Shown: positions 21,541 to 34,100 of the stretch, piece after piece
Position numbering within the stretch: the first letter of the stretch is position 1
How the letters are laid out: each line of letters opens with the position of its first letter
NCBI GenBank assembly: GCA_965655095.1
Contig: OZ296657.1
Span: forward strand, 67,580,001-67,644,000
Length of the DNA: 64,000 bases
Reading direction: 5' to 3'
Source: Haplodiscus bocki
Lineage: Eukaryota
The notes under the pieces: model-generated
What the model was told of the DNA's origin: nothing
Databases searched by the model: none
What the model saw: only the letters and a program-made list of their open reading frames with translations
Position numbers and translations under genes: made by a program

Positions 21541-24500
21541 TTTTGACTCTATCAATGCAAAGAAAGACTGTGCTAAAAAACCTAGGAAGCGTTACTCAGT
21601 ACAATGTGCGATTTATGCAAAAACCATAAAAAGGAAAACTGGTCACCTAACCAATCCTTGTCAACCATTCTGCATGTCACCGTCCAACAATAAGTGCTTG
21701 CAGGTTTCTAACTCCTTTTCAAGTTTTTGTCATTAGTGGCTCCCAAACTTGTGTTATATCAACATTTTGAAATCCTGCGCTTCTCTGTAGTCTATTCGCC
21801 TTCCGCTTACATTCTCGCAAAAGCGGAACTTGAGGGCATTGTCTGCTTTGAATTATACCAGCAAAAAATTAACCTGAAGTTGCAAATCACGACGATTCCC
21901 ATATCTTTTTGGAATGACTTAATTTTTTCTTTTTACACGCGATATTTTTTTCACGGATACTCTGAAGAGAACCCCAAGGAGCATAATCTCTTGCAAATCA
22001 CACCGTTTTGCAAATGACATCACTTTTACAATGGTCCCTCGAGTGCATTAATGAAATTTCCATCCATGGTTTTTAACGGTTTCGCAAAGCAAAAAATTAA
22101 TAAAAAGCAACTCAAAACCATTGAGGGGTAAGTACACAGGATTTACTAGTTACATAAATTTGTGGTGGGACAAATTTCATCAAAATCTTGGTACCAAACA
22201 GGAATGACAATGATACGTGAAGAAAAAGTTGTTTTTCATGAGTATGCCAGTGCTGGTCTAAAGTTTAGTAGTATTTTACCGGCAATTACTCTTTCCGAGT
22301 CAATTGGATTGTTGATGGCTACCTCAGTGTTTAGTTTTGCTCTACCAGTACAATTGTACTAATCTGATTGAGTAGCAAAGAAACAGTGAGTATAGTGTGG
22401 TTTTGCTTTAAAGAGTACTAAATTACTTGGATAAAAACCCTAACGATTCAAAAAACAATCTGCAAGTCTTGGTCAGTTCCACTTGGAAGATTTTTCAACC
22501 TGCCCAAATCTTTCCGCAAAGCATGACCCACTGGTTTTATACAATTTTGTTTTCTGGATAGAGTTCAAAAAACGCTTTTTGTAGTTTTTCTCCGGGAGTG
22601 TGTTTTATGCAAAGCTGGGCATTCTGTCCTCTCCATTGTTTCTTGGTTTCAATGGACTGCTCTGTGCACGTTTCCGAACGCTCGTCCGCTCTTTGCAACT
22701 AATTGGTTACTGAATGGTACTGGAAGAGTGTACAGGGACAGTCCAGAAGTTGATAGATGAAACCTAATGCATCCGATTTCTGTAGCAACTCTTCAATGTC
22801 TCTCATTAGAACAATGTGATAAATTTAATTCATTAAAAGGCACGTCTTGTCATCGGTGGGTACAGAGGTAATCTTTACTCGCAATGAATTTTTGTAGGTA
22901 TTTTCGTGAAAATCTTGCGTAAAACCTGGGAAAATCTTGCAATATAAAAGCAGCCATCCGATAATTAAAAAAATTTTTTGAACAGAGGAATGTGAAAGAA
23001 ATTACTTTTTTTAAAACAAAGCCATCAAAACTGAAAGAGGTTTCATAAACGGAAAAAAAGTCGTTGCGACGACCAAAAGAAAAAAAAATCTCTTTATAAC
23101 GAAATATCATGTGACAGTGACTAAAGAAGGTATGCAGAAGCGTGTATTACACACAAATTAAAGCTCATTCCTTCAGTTCTAGTTTAAAAAACAAATGACT
23201 TCTTCGAGTTAACGAAGTGTCATCGCAAAAACCAAAATACATGACTTACTTTACTGCTCCCATGGACATGCTGACTTGTACCGAGCACGTGGACTATGGA
23301 AAGTGTCTTGTGCCAAAAATGTTTCCAACTGCTTGGATGTGAAACTTAGAGTATTCAAAGGACACGCCACGGCAACAGAGATTTTGGCTTGGTCTAGATC
23401 ATTACAATGGGAGAGTCAGAAATTAACCAATTCATCTGAATGAGGAATCAGGTGATCGTTGCACCAGAAAACTTCTGCCGAGATCAAAAATTGACCCAGA
23501 AAAAGATCACAACATTGTCCGAAGAAAAAGAAGAACCAATCCAGTTTTCCACTTAAATGTTGATGTTTGTAACCGGTCAGACAAAAAGTTTTGTGTGACT
23601 CTACTACAATCCCTTGTGGACAAGCCAGAGAGTTCATATGCCCACGTCTGGTTTTTTGCAAGAAAGTTGGAAGAGGACAAGTTTCATGGAATTTTTTATG
23701 TGATTTTCAAACCGGAAGAAGCTATAACATTGCCTGACTTAATGATTTCTGTATATGATAAAGTAATTGATAAACAAGCCTTTCGTAGTTTCCCATTAAA
23801 AAACAATTGCAGTTTTCTAGTTCTTCATAACCTTCCTTTCTATTGGAGTCAAGATGAGTTGGAACGTTGAAGATTAGAGAACCTTTTTCTCGAAGTTGAA
23901 GTCGAAATTGGAACTTTCTCTTGTTGTACTTACTGCTCCAAAAACATCTCCCGAAAAAGTGACACTGACTGTAGTTGAAATGCAACAACCTCCAGACATT
24001 GAAAAGTTACATAATAGATTTGTTGCCAAAGTTGGACAATTTTCAATAGTAGAAAAGTTTGTGAAAACTTGAAGACTGATACAGATAAGTGGAAATTTTT
24101 TGGTACGTTACCAAAACAACTTACAACTCAAAGTTAATGAAATCGATCTGGAATTGACATAGTACCAGAAGCTTTTAGCAGAACGAAAAAACCAATTGAG
24201 TTACCTTGACAATTTTTAAAGCTATGCTTTGTACTGGATGAAAGAATTGTTCATAAACGAAACGAATTTGTCCCGAATGGCTGTTTCTTTTCGAGTGAGC
24301 ATTTTTGGATAATAATCTCGTAACTAAAACTAAAATTTGGAAACAAAAATATCCACAAGAACATTTTTTCGATTGATTTTTATTGTTGGAAGACTAGAAT
24401 CTCGGTACACTATTTGAAGTCGTGAGACGGACAATCACTTTGCAGTTGGTGGAATCAATGGTTTTCGAGATTCACAAGTGGACTTTGTACTTTGTATTTT

Positions 24501-25529
24501 GCTGCCTTAAAAAATTTAGACTGCATGCAACTTTTATGTTGCTGGTACAGCTGTGCGATCACAGACTAGCAAAGGACCTGGCTACTGTTACACATTTGAA
24601 CGAGGACCAACTTCATGTTTGCTTGATCACATGACTGGACTACCCCTTAGCCTTTAAGGAAAACGTTTTCTGCCCTCCAGTTTCAATCCTACCAACTTTT
24701 GAAGCGGTATGCCATCCAGTATACTTAAATATGAGCCTATATGTAGAGGAATTGTTGAAGGGCTGGGAGTTTTTTTCCAAAGGAAAGACCGCGGGTACTC
24801 ATTTGGTCCTCTAGAAAGGTAAAAACTCACAAAACATGGTTTTGTTGTTCAAAAATGTTGCAACGAAGTGTCTGAAGCAGTCGACGTTTGCAAAACAGTC
24901 AGCTTCTGAACAATCTACCTGAAAACACAAACGTTGAGGGCCTTGCAAAAAAAACTTCCAAATTTTTAGCAGTTTCATGGACAAAATAAGAAAAATTTGG
25001 GTGATCAGGGCTGCTCCACGACTCAAAAACCTCTAGATCCCAAGCCAGACGAGAACTGTGGACCTTTTGAGTTACCCAAATCGAAATAAAGTTACACTTC
25101 GCCTTGAAGAATGTCAGGCAAAAATGTATTTAACTGGCTAATCAAATACCTGAAATTGTGAACTTTTTTGTAATTTGTATTGTCTGTGTTTACTTATATA
25201 AAACCTTTGAAAGCCTTTTCATACTTTTTCCAATATTCATTGCTGACAAGTTGAGCGTAAAAGCTAGATGAATGCTGAAGAAGAAAACCTAATTTAGGTG
25301 AAATTGTCTCTGACGACAACAATCGGAAGAGAAAAACATAGGCTTTTTTGTGAAAAACCTGTTCCAGATCTCCAAATGTTTTTTTGTCACAATGTTTTGT
25401 AATTTTGCTAGTTTTTTTGTCTGATTTTGGAGAAATCATTTCAGTTCTGGAATATTTTGACGAAAAGACTGTTTGGATTTGAGTATTTTCTTATAGCAGG
25501 ATACATTTTACCCTAATAAAAGCTATAAG

Positions 25530-26200
25530 CACATTCCTTTCTACAAGAAAACCCGTCTTTAAAACCTTGTTTGGACTCGGATTCCGTGACTCCGTGAAGT
25601 CCGTGACACGAAAACATCATTTTTTGTAAAACTGGTTAAAAATTGGAGTTTTTCAATCCAAGTTTGGCAAAATCTATTTTTTATTAGCAATTCCAGCCAC
25701 TCTAGGACGTTTCGCAAAGACTTCAAAATCTCGCGTTTGCTCCAGCTGTAAACTTCGAGTTCCATCCGTTACAAAACAAGGGCACGAAGTACTTGTTAAT
25801 CTCTGACTATTCTTGTGTTGGATTTGCAGTTCTAAAGTTTTCGTTGGTAGTGAACCTGCTGGAAGAAATTGAAAGCTCAGCACTGTTCGCAAGGAAGACA
25901 ACTTGATTCGGCAAAAAAACTAGGTCAGGTCGTTGAGCTCCAAAACACACACATTCTTTTCTTCAAATTTCCCCGTGATGTGATTCAAGTCACTGCACTT
26001 ACTGCACAGTTGGGTCTCAGATCAGAGCTAGTTATATAGTAGTTTCGAAACGAAACCGGTGTTCCTTACGGGAACTACTTGCTTTACTTGTCGCCCTGAA
26101 CACTCGATTAGCCACGTTAGTGTACAAACAGTGGTTGCAATCACTCAAATTTTTGAGTCCCCAAACGATTGAAGCACTCGAAGATTTTGGACGATGAACG
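25530..26200 (+). pseudogene. A32/FtsK-like packaging ATPase (M1)
   Basis: NWLKIGVFQSKFGKIYF; KYLLISDYSC (decayed Walker B); AGRN*KLS; VELQNTHILFFKFPRD; VPYGNYLL. Walker A is disrupted. Confidence 0.7.
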
Positions 26201-26909
26201 CACAAACTGTCTCTTTTCCCCAAGTATTCCAGTCTTTTTCCAGGAATTCATTATCCGTATAAATCATTTTCCTAAGTCTTGCCCAAAAACGTTTAATCGG
26301 TTTCTCTTTGATCGCAATGCAAAATCGCCTCAAGGGAAACCTGAGAAGGACAAAAAGACATCTCGTAGCAAAATTTGAAAAAAGTTCTGTTTCTAATTCT
26401 TGAAAATCAACTGGAAGAAAGAAGAGACGTTCTGGCATGCCGAAAAAAGCTTGCAACTGAAAGAAGTTATTACTTCTCTCGTCATTAACCATGTCTTTAT
26501 ATAAAGCAATTTAATCTCGTCACCAGTTCTCTGCACAACAAGAGCTCCAAAACGCAATTAAAATTGAAGCAGGAGTTGACGACCAAACAACCTTGAAAAA
26601 AACCCTCGTTTTGAAGTTATTTGCCCAAGAAAAGGATAAAAAACATAAAAATAATTTTCAGGATGGAAAACATAAAAACGAAAAAGTTAGGAGATATAAA
26701 TGTGTTTTGTCTTACACTAAGTTTTTTAGGTCCTAATCAAAAACATTGGATGGTGTCAAAACTAGAGTTTTTCGTCAGACCTTGCTCAAAAAATGCATAG
26801 TGAAAGCGCAAACGTTCCCGATTTTTACTTCACCCTACTTGAAGTTGCTGGTCAACAGCTGGACAACTGCTGTTGTTAATGAAAAAGCTGAAGTAGAAAA
26901 CAAATGAAG

Positions 26910-27810
26910 CATGTTCCTTTTCAAAAAACGAAAATCAGTAGCTGCAAAGTTTGTAGACACAGGCTACATATGGATCTGTACGCAATCAAGTGAGATTTGG
27001 CTCTCTACTAGAATCGAATTTGTTACAATAATTTGCAATCAAAGATTTATTTCAGCAAATTTACTCTTACCCTACGTGAACTTAAGAGAATGAAAGCATC
27101 CACAAGTTTCGAAGGATAAAGTTGATGTATGGATGGAACATTTGCTGGTAAATTAGCAAAAAAAGGAACGTTCCAAAATGTTCACTAGTTTGTCAAGATT
27201 TATTTGACAGCACCGTAGATGCAACAGAAATGAAAGCAAAAAATTTCAGAGTAACTGTTTTCATCAAAGATTAAAAAAAAGAAGCGATCCAGTGAAAATT
27301 TGGGTCAACATGAGAACCGACTTTGCAGGAGGGTTTCAAAAACTTTGCAAAAGCGAAGAGAGGCGAGTTTAATCTACGATCAAGGAGACTGAGGCTGCAT
27401 TTGCTGAACGTACGAAACGTTACTTGAAAGTTATCCTTCACCGTTACATGAAAGAATATTGACGAAACGAACTTTCACAAAAAAACTCAATTCGTCACAG
27501 CACTGATATCTAGATGGATTATTTGATAGGTTTGACAACAAAAACAGTTCAATAACTCCTAATCCTCGTCTTTTCTATAAAGCCAACAGCTAAACGAACC
27601 AAAAAACCCAATTTTGGAACTTCAGACTGAGTTCGCATCATCATGTGTAATTTACTTTTCAGGAGGGGTCCTAAACCACATTTTACACGGGCATTTCTCG
27701 AAATTGATGAATTTATTTTCAGAACACCGCCAACATACACAATGAAAAAAAATACAAATTGAGTTTGTCCTTGAAAGTTTTAATCAAACATAGTTGATCA
27801 AGGTCATTTA
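26910..27810 (+). pseudogene. Retroviral-like (rve) integrase of M1
   Basis: QDLFDSTVDA; WVNMRTDFAGGFQKLC; ETEAAFAERTKRYLKVILHRYM; C-terminal PHFTRAFLEI...PPTYT. Confidence 0.75.
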
Positions 27811-27811
27811 A

Positions 27812-28575
27812 CAAAGAAACCGAATACAATAGATTTAGTTCCAACTGATTCCGTAGGGCTACTTCCAAAAAATACAATCTGATCTTCTACAGTTTTCTGC
27901 CGCAACTTAATCTGGCGGTGCAATGGGAGGTTGCAATTTCGGAAACATGCTCCACTTCAATCTACCAAAACAAAACAAAGGAGAATTTCTTTTTTTTGAA
28001 AAAAAAACAAATTCAGTAGAGTTTTACTGGGATACAGTTGATACCCTTCGATAATGAATATAATTCAAACCATGAACACGCTCAATCAAGGGAGACATAC
28101 TGACAGCGAGAATTGTGTCACTGTCATTGTGTTTCAAAACAACGCGAAAATTTAGGGTTTAAGTTGTGAATGAAAGATCTAGTCTTGCATTTTTCAACAC
28201 GGACCTAGGTCACTTTTCTGTCAGTAATGCTGGCAATGAGCTGGGATCAATGTTGAGACGAGGAGGACCTCATAAAACAGATTTTGCCTAGGACCTTAAC
28301 TCTCCCATAACATTCCTGACAGAAAAAACATTGAGGGCAACACAAGAAGTCCATTGCTGCATTGTTTTCCATTCATTTGGGATCAAAAAACTTGGTAACA
28401 TTAAAACCACTGGACGGTTCATGAACTGTCACACAATTAGTAACTTTTGTTTCAAAATGCTCTTCGAAAATTCTTTTTATAGTTTTCACCTACAATTGAG
28501 AGGGACGACTGGTGAAGAAAACTTCATTGTATCTGCCGGCATCACTCGAAAATTTTCATGTTTAATAAAGTTGTC
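27812..28575 (+). pseudogene. Minor capsid (penton-like) protein of M1
   Basis: TIDLVPTDS..LLPKNTI*SS...LNLAVQWEVAISE is the Polinton penton N-terminal pattern (L.S.S...P.NT.S.F...L.L...WEVAL.E). Confidence 0.65.
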
Positions 28576-28608
28576 CACATTCATCTCTAACGATGAAAAC
28601 AAAGGAAA

Positions 28609-28950
28609 ATGGTTAATTCAAGACAAGTAGAGGCTTCACTTTTTAGAGGTTTTAGTCGACGCGGAAGGCAATGAAGTGCGCTTTCACAAGATATTAGAAC
28701 TGCCAATCCTCTTTTGCGTACATATGTTGTCCCAGATGCAAAACGTGTGGGTGCTGCGTTGTTGCAACTTGCTGCACCTAAAAATCCACAGGTTATTAGT
28801 GGTAGGAAAAAGTTCAAGACAGCTGCAAAAAGTGTGGGAGGACAAACTCTGAATGAACGTTTGGATAGTGAAAGTGAGGAGAAATGAAAAACTCTAGAAA
28901 AATCTTCTACACAAGCCAGTTGATCGCGTAGAGACCTGTTCACAAACAGT
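28609..28950 (+). pseudogene. Basic core/pVII-like protein of M1
   Basis: FRGFSRRGRQ...LRTYVVPDAKRVGAALL...ISGRKKFKTAAKSVGGQTL, lying between penton and MCP as in Mavericks. Confidence 0.5.
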
Positions 28951-28959
28951 TTGCGTTGA

Positions 28960-30288
28960 TAATGTAAAATCACTCTTGGCACCAACCTTTTGTGCAGCTC
29001 CTGGAAATCTAAGATGTAAAATCCCAGCTGCTTACGACGCTTTGTCGTCTTACGAACAAGAAATAATCCTACTGACTCTCTAGTTAAAAACATACCACAG
29101 TTTGAATTTCAAAGGGATCGGAACTTCTACGTTGTTTCGAGACAGTCATTTTTGAGTTTGGGAATGAATTTTGTCAAACGTAATGGTTATCAAACTTACA
29201 AAACCAGAGAAGGTAAAAAAACAGAAGTAAGAAACAAATCAGGCTGCAGTACAGAAAAAAAGCAAGTAGATAGACTTTTTCCTCTGGTTACTCTTGTATA
29301 CAACATTTTGGAGGGAATTTTTCCCAGTGCTGAGGTGTACAGCAACAATAAAAAAATATAAAGTTCTCATGGATCCAATGCCAACAAAAATTATTTTTCC
29401 AACAACGTCAAAGGAGCCTTTTCTCAAAACAAAGGGGTCTTCTGCTGCAAAGTTATTGACAATACAAAACATCCTGATAAAATTGAGGCCGTCTTCTTGT
29501 CTGAAACCCTTTTGGCGAGGAAATTGAAACTGCTAAGTAGACGCGATGGCTTCTTTTTGAATGGTTAAATGGGGGTAAACTTTTTTTCCATTACTGACAT
29601 GCTATGTCCAAACATGTTAGTTTGGCTACACAACTCAGAGCCAACCTTTGTTTTGACATGATTGGTGACATCCCCAAAATTAGTCCTGGAAGAGTTGACT
29701 GCCTACTTTACAGTCGTCATTTTGGTCTCAACGATGAGAATCATGAGAAAGAATGGAACTGAATGAATATACTTCTGAGGCTATTTAAAGAGTGGACTCA
29801 GAACTTTCATCTTTTTTGCCACACAAAACCAGTTTTTTCCCAGAACATTATTCGAACAATTTTCCAGTTCGTCGAATTGCGACTGCAAGGAATGCAAACT
29901 CTGTATTTTTTTTGGTTGTAATTTCAAAGTCCCTACTTTTTTCATCGGAACTATCTGAAACAGAGAGAAAACTTCTGAGATGATCGAGCAATCGTGCATT
30001 CTTAAGCCGCTGAGTAATGTTACTTATATGCTATGCAGCAAGGAACTTTTAGGAAGATGTCACTTCTGCTACTATTGATAATTTCCAATACCACAACCTA
30101 CCAGTGTTTGATTTTATTTCAACGAAGATATTACTCAAAAGTCTTTTGACCCAGAAGTAGTTGGAAAACCAGTGAGAGATGTGCTGAACTTCAGTTTTGC
30201 TCCAGAACAAGCTACCAATCTCATTGTATTGGGAGAATCAATGTCTTCGGTTGCTGTTGACGGATTTGGAGTTGTTGGAAAAGAGTAA
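28960..30288 (+). pseudogene. Major capsid (double jelly-roll) protein of M1
   Basis: QFEFQRDRNFYV..RQSFLSL; VYNILEGIFPSAEVYSNNK; C-terminal LNFSFAPEQATNLIVLGESMSSVAVDGFGVVGKE*. Confidence 0.7.
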
Positions 30289-30294
30289 GAAAAT

Positions 30295-30620
30295 TGAGTG
30301 AAATTGCTCTTCAAGGGAAAAATTAATCGTATTCCTTCTCTCAGTTATCGGTAACTTGGTTCTTCGCCTTCAGTTTTTGTTCCGGACTGTGACTTTTGTC
30401 ATTATGAACCTGCAAACCAGCAAAATGCAGTGTGAGCATTGGTTAAAAAATAAAAACTCTTGTCAAAAAGTGTGTTTTTCACACTGTCCGGGGAAAAGGA
30501 ATCTGCTGCACGGAAACAATTAGTCTATTAGCAGAACTTTTGGCTGCTTGGACATTCAGTCAACTACTTTCGCAAGTTTGAGCAGAAGAATGCTTGAAAA
30601 CTCCGGTGATGGTCCCAAGT
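30295..30620 (+). pseudogene. Adenain-like cysteine protease of M1
   Basis: YR*LGSSPSVFVP...FVIMN...QCEHW...VCF, matching the G.F..D, IIN....GEHW and YFDS pattern, directly after the MCP. Confidence 0.6.
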
Positions 30621-31199
30621 CCACGCGTCGCTAAATTTTGCAAGAGATTGTTAAATCAACGTCAACAAACAGAGGCTTTACCATAATACAACATGTTTGC
30701 GTCATACTAGCAGAAACAGAAGGTATTGTCTTACTTTTATCCCAAAGAATAGTTTAACAAAATGGAATACACACTCACCCCTTCAATATACAAAAGATAT
30801 TCAGTCCGAATTAAAATTTCAGTATATTTCAATTACAGAAACTAGTTGCTTTGAAACCGTTTATATTATTCGCGAACTAACTTTCATAACTTTCAGTATA
30901 ACTTTTTGCATTGTTTCAACTCAGCATTAAGCCAAAGCAGTATCGGTACACATAAAAATTACAACAGAGGCGTGAGAAAAAAGCGCAGACACATTCAACT
31001 AGCTGCACGCGCTTTGATTGCTATGGATTCGCCTGAATTTTCCGATACGCCTGGAAAAACATCACAGTGTCATAATAGAGTCAGTAAATCTCAATCTCTA
31101 ACTTTATATATTACAAAACATCAAACCTTGTCTTAATACATTACCGTCCTATCCTAATAAAATGCTTTCTTATTTATGACTCGGGATACGTCTCGGGTA

Positions 31200-34100
31200 T
31201 TCCCAAATCTAAAACAATACCGAAACCCAACTTATCGTACTACCTTTCCGGAGCATAACCAATTTTATCAACTTGGATAGGCATACCCTGTTTGAACACA
31301 TTGCCGAACTCTAGCCTAATTAGAAACATAAGTCGAAGAACCAACTCGGGTTCCAGGGTCTATACCTCATCTACACAATTGGATGGTCTCCCGCCACCTT
31401 TTTTTGACTCACTCTTTTATTACTTCTATTTTTTGAAAGTTCTGCAAAAGAATTTGTTGACGGTTTGTTGATACTTTAAGATCAATCAACTTATCATACG
31501 TTTTTTTAGTTACCGAAAGCCTCAAAGTTTGTAGGCAACAAAATGTCGGAAATGTGTCTACAATGTTCTTTACATGCTCTTCACAGTTATCTTTAATGGT
31601 CACCAAATAGGTCATAAGGATACGAAACCTATCTCTTCTCAATTATCTGCTATACAAAAATTAAACTCAACCACAAACAAAAAAGAACTCATGAAACTCC
31701 TTGGATGAAAAAAAATCTATCCAACAACTTCTGAAACCCTTTTTTTATACCAAAAAGAAACCGTTTTTTGTGATTTACTAAAAGACGATGTTTCATTTCA
31801 ATATGAACCACACTAAACAAAACTTTTGAAAAAAAGAAATGTCAGTTTACCCGGACATTTAAATAACGATACCCAATACTTCTCAGCCAATTTCTTTTGT
31901 CTTAAGCGCTTCTTTAATTAGTGTCGCATGTGTTTCATTCCATGCAGACCCACTTGATTTAGAGAAAAAATATGATTTCGAAAAGAAAATTTTTTCAATA
32001 CCTTTACGATTTCTATCGAACCGCAGAACGAAAACTTGTTACAATTGATAAAGAAAATACTGCACTCGTTTTTTTCATAACAAGAAAATGATGTTTCCAT
32101 GATGGTAACAAAATTTCTTTTGGCTAATTTGACTGTTAACCGGACTTTGATAAAATTTCTCACTCATAAAGGTAACCTAGACCCTAGATTCTTTTAATAC
32201 CAGATGCAAATCACAAAGTTTAGTATTTAATCAAAATTGTCTGGACGCCTGAAGAAAACTTCGCGTAGCTGCCGTACAAAGACAAAAACTTACAAAAGAT
32301 GTATTTGTAACCCAATAAATTGAACTTAAAACTATACCATCACAAATATCAGTTGCCACAACCCATCCAAAACAGGATAAAGAGACAGCTCTTTTTGTAA
32401 ATTACGTATTGAGGAGTAACTTCATTACCAAAAAAAAGATTCGTTCCACATTTTCGCTGAGTTTGTTGATTATCAATTGTGCACTGTATTAAGCATAATT
32501 CAAAACGGAACTTATCACTTGACCAATTGATTCTTTCTCACTCAAATCAGAAGTACTCTTCCAACATTTTTGAGAAACCCATTAAAAATTAGAAAACCTT
32601 TTCAAACAATCCTAATTATTGGTTGAACTTTGTAATCCCATTAATGATGATAATCCAAAGTTAAAATGTAATCCGAATAAATCACACCAAATTGATTTTT
32701 TGGACAACACCAATTGTAGTGTTGCTTCTCAATTAAATTCTATTGACCAAAAAGCTTCAATTTCAGCAAAATCCCACAAATTGAACATATTCCTACTTTA
32801 ATTGAATCAACATGTACTTACCAAAACCCTTAACTAGGGAAAAAAATCCCACTCAATCCATACTTGTTTCAACTCCTTGAGTCACGAGATTTGAAATTTG
32901 ACCCTCTTCTCGTTAAATATCCTTGTCTCTTCATTTTAATGATCAGTTCAGTGACATCCTTTACCCAGCTTAAACCCTTATTCTTGCTCAACTTGATTTG
33001 ATCTTCAAACAGGTGACCACGTTTGAAAAACTGTTTTCTTGTGGTTAACAAAGCATGGAAAGCCTGACCGTATCTTTCCTGAAAAAAATAGCGAAATTTT
33101 CTCAATGGATTATTTTGAGCAATTTTAACAAATTTTAATTGACTTTATATCCTTTTTCTTTTGTTGTTTTAGTGAAACCAACGGAAAAATTGCAAGGACT
33201 CAGTAGACCAAAACCAGTATACACTTGCCACTCAAATTTCAACTCGCTGATTTTTGTAAATCCCATGAACCTTCCCATCCTGGTGAAAAAAAATAACACA
33301 AACACTTTGATTTAATTTCTTGTATTCCAAACCCTCCATGAAGGATTTCAAGTTTTATACCTGATTGTTCAGAATAACTATCTAAAAAAATTCAAGAGCC
33401 AAAAACAAAATGACTGAGATCAAATGTTTGCTTAAATAATCCCCTATTTAAATTATCGGATTGGGATTGATACAAAAGGCCCTTTTTTTCAGCAATCAAA
33501 GGGCAATAACTTTATTGACGGTTTCATTGACACTTTCAGGATATTTACTGTTATATTCCCAACTCTTAAGAAAGTGAAAATAAATTGCAGTACAAATTCT
33601 TATAAACCAAGGGATTGCTTTCTGCTTCTTTATTATTCTGGTCTGAGACCGAAGCTTTGAACTTGTCAACAACAATATATGTACTCGAATTGACAATCCC
33701 CAAGCACCACAAACATGTTCTTCTCCATCGGCAAAAATATTTCTCGAATTACAAACTGTAATCTTGGCATGCATCTTCGAACCTTTTTCCACAAGTTATG
33801 TTCATTGGTCTTTACGATAAAATTTTTTTGCAGAAGCTCATAATACCGAAAATTTGGGCCAAATTTTTCTGTCACCTGAAGATATTGTATTCCACACTAA
33901 ACCAAGAAATCCTGGAATTTTTCATTGCAACTGGGTTAGCGATAATTAGCACAACTCTATCTCTCACTTCTGTGCTGATTTACCCATTCATTCAGATTAT
34001 GAAAAGTCCAAAAAAATCCTGTCATCTTTGAGACACTATGTCAACCCAATCGTGAGTGATAGATGGCCGCTGAAAATGCCATGCCAAACTTTTATTCCAC

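Larger units (their letters stand above)
20270..30620. mobile_element. Heavily decayed Maverick/Polinton (element M1)
   Basis: Hand translation gives a divergent pPolB N-terminus (-) and, on +, ATPase, integrase, minor capsid, core protein, major capsid and protease in one block. No TIRs found. Confidence 0.8.
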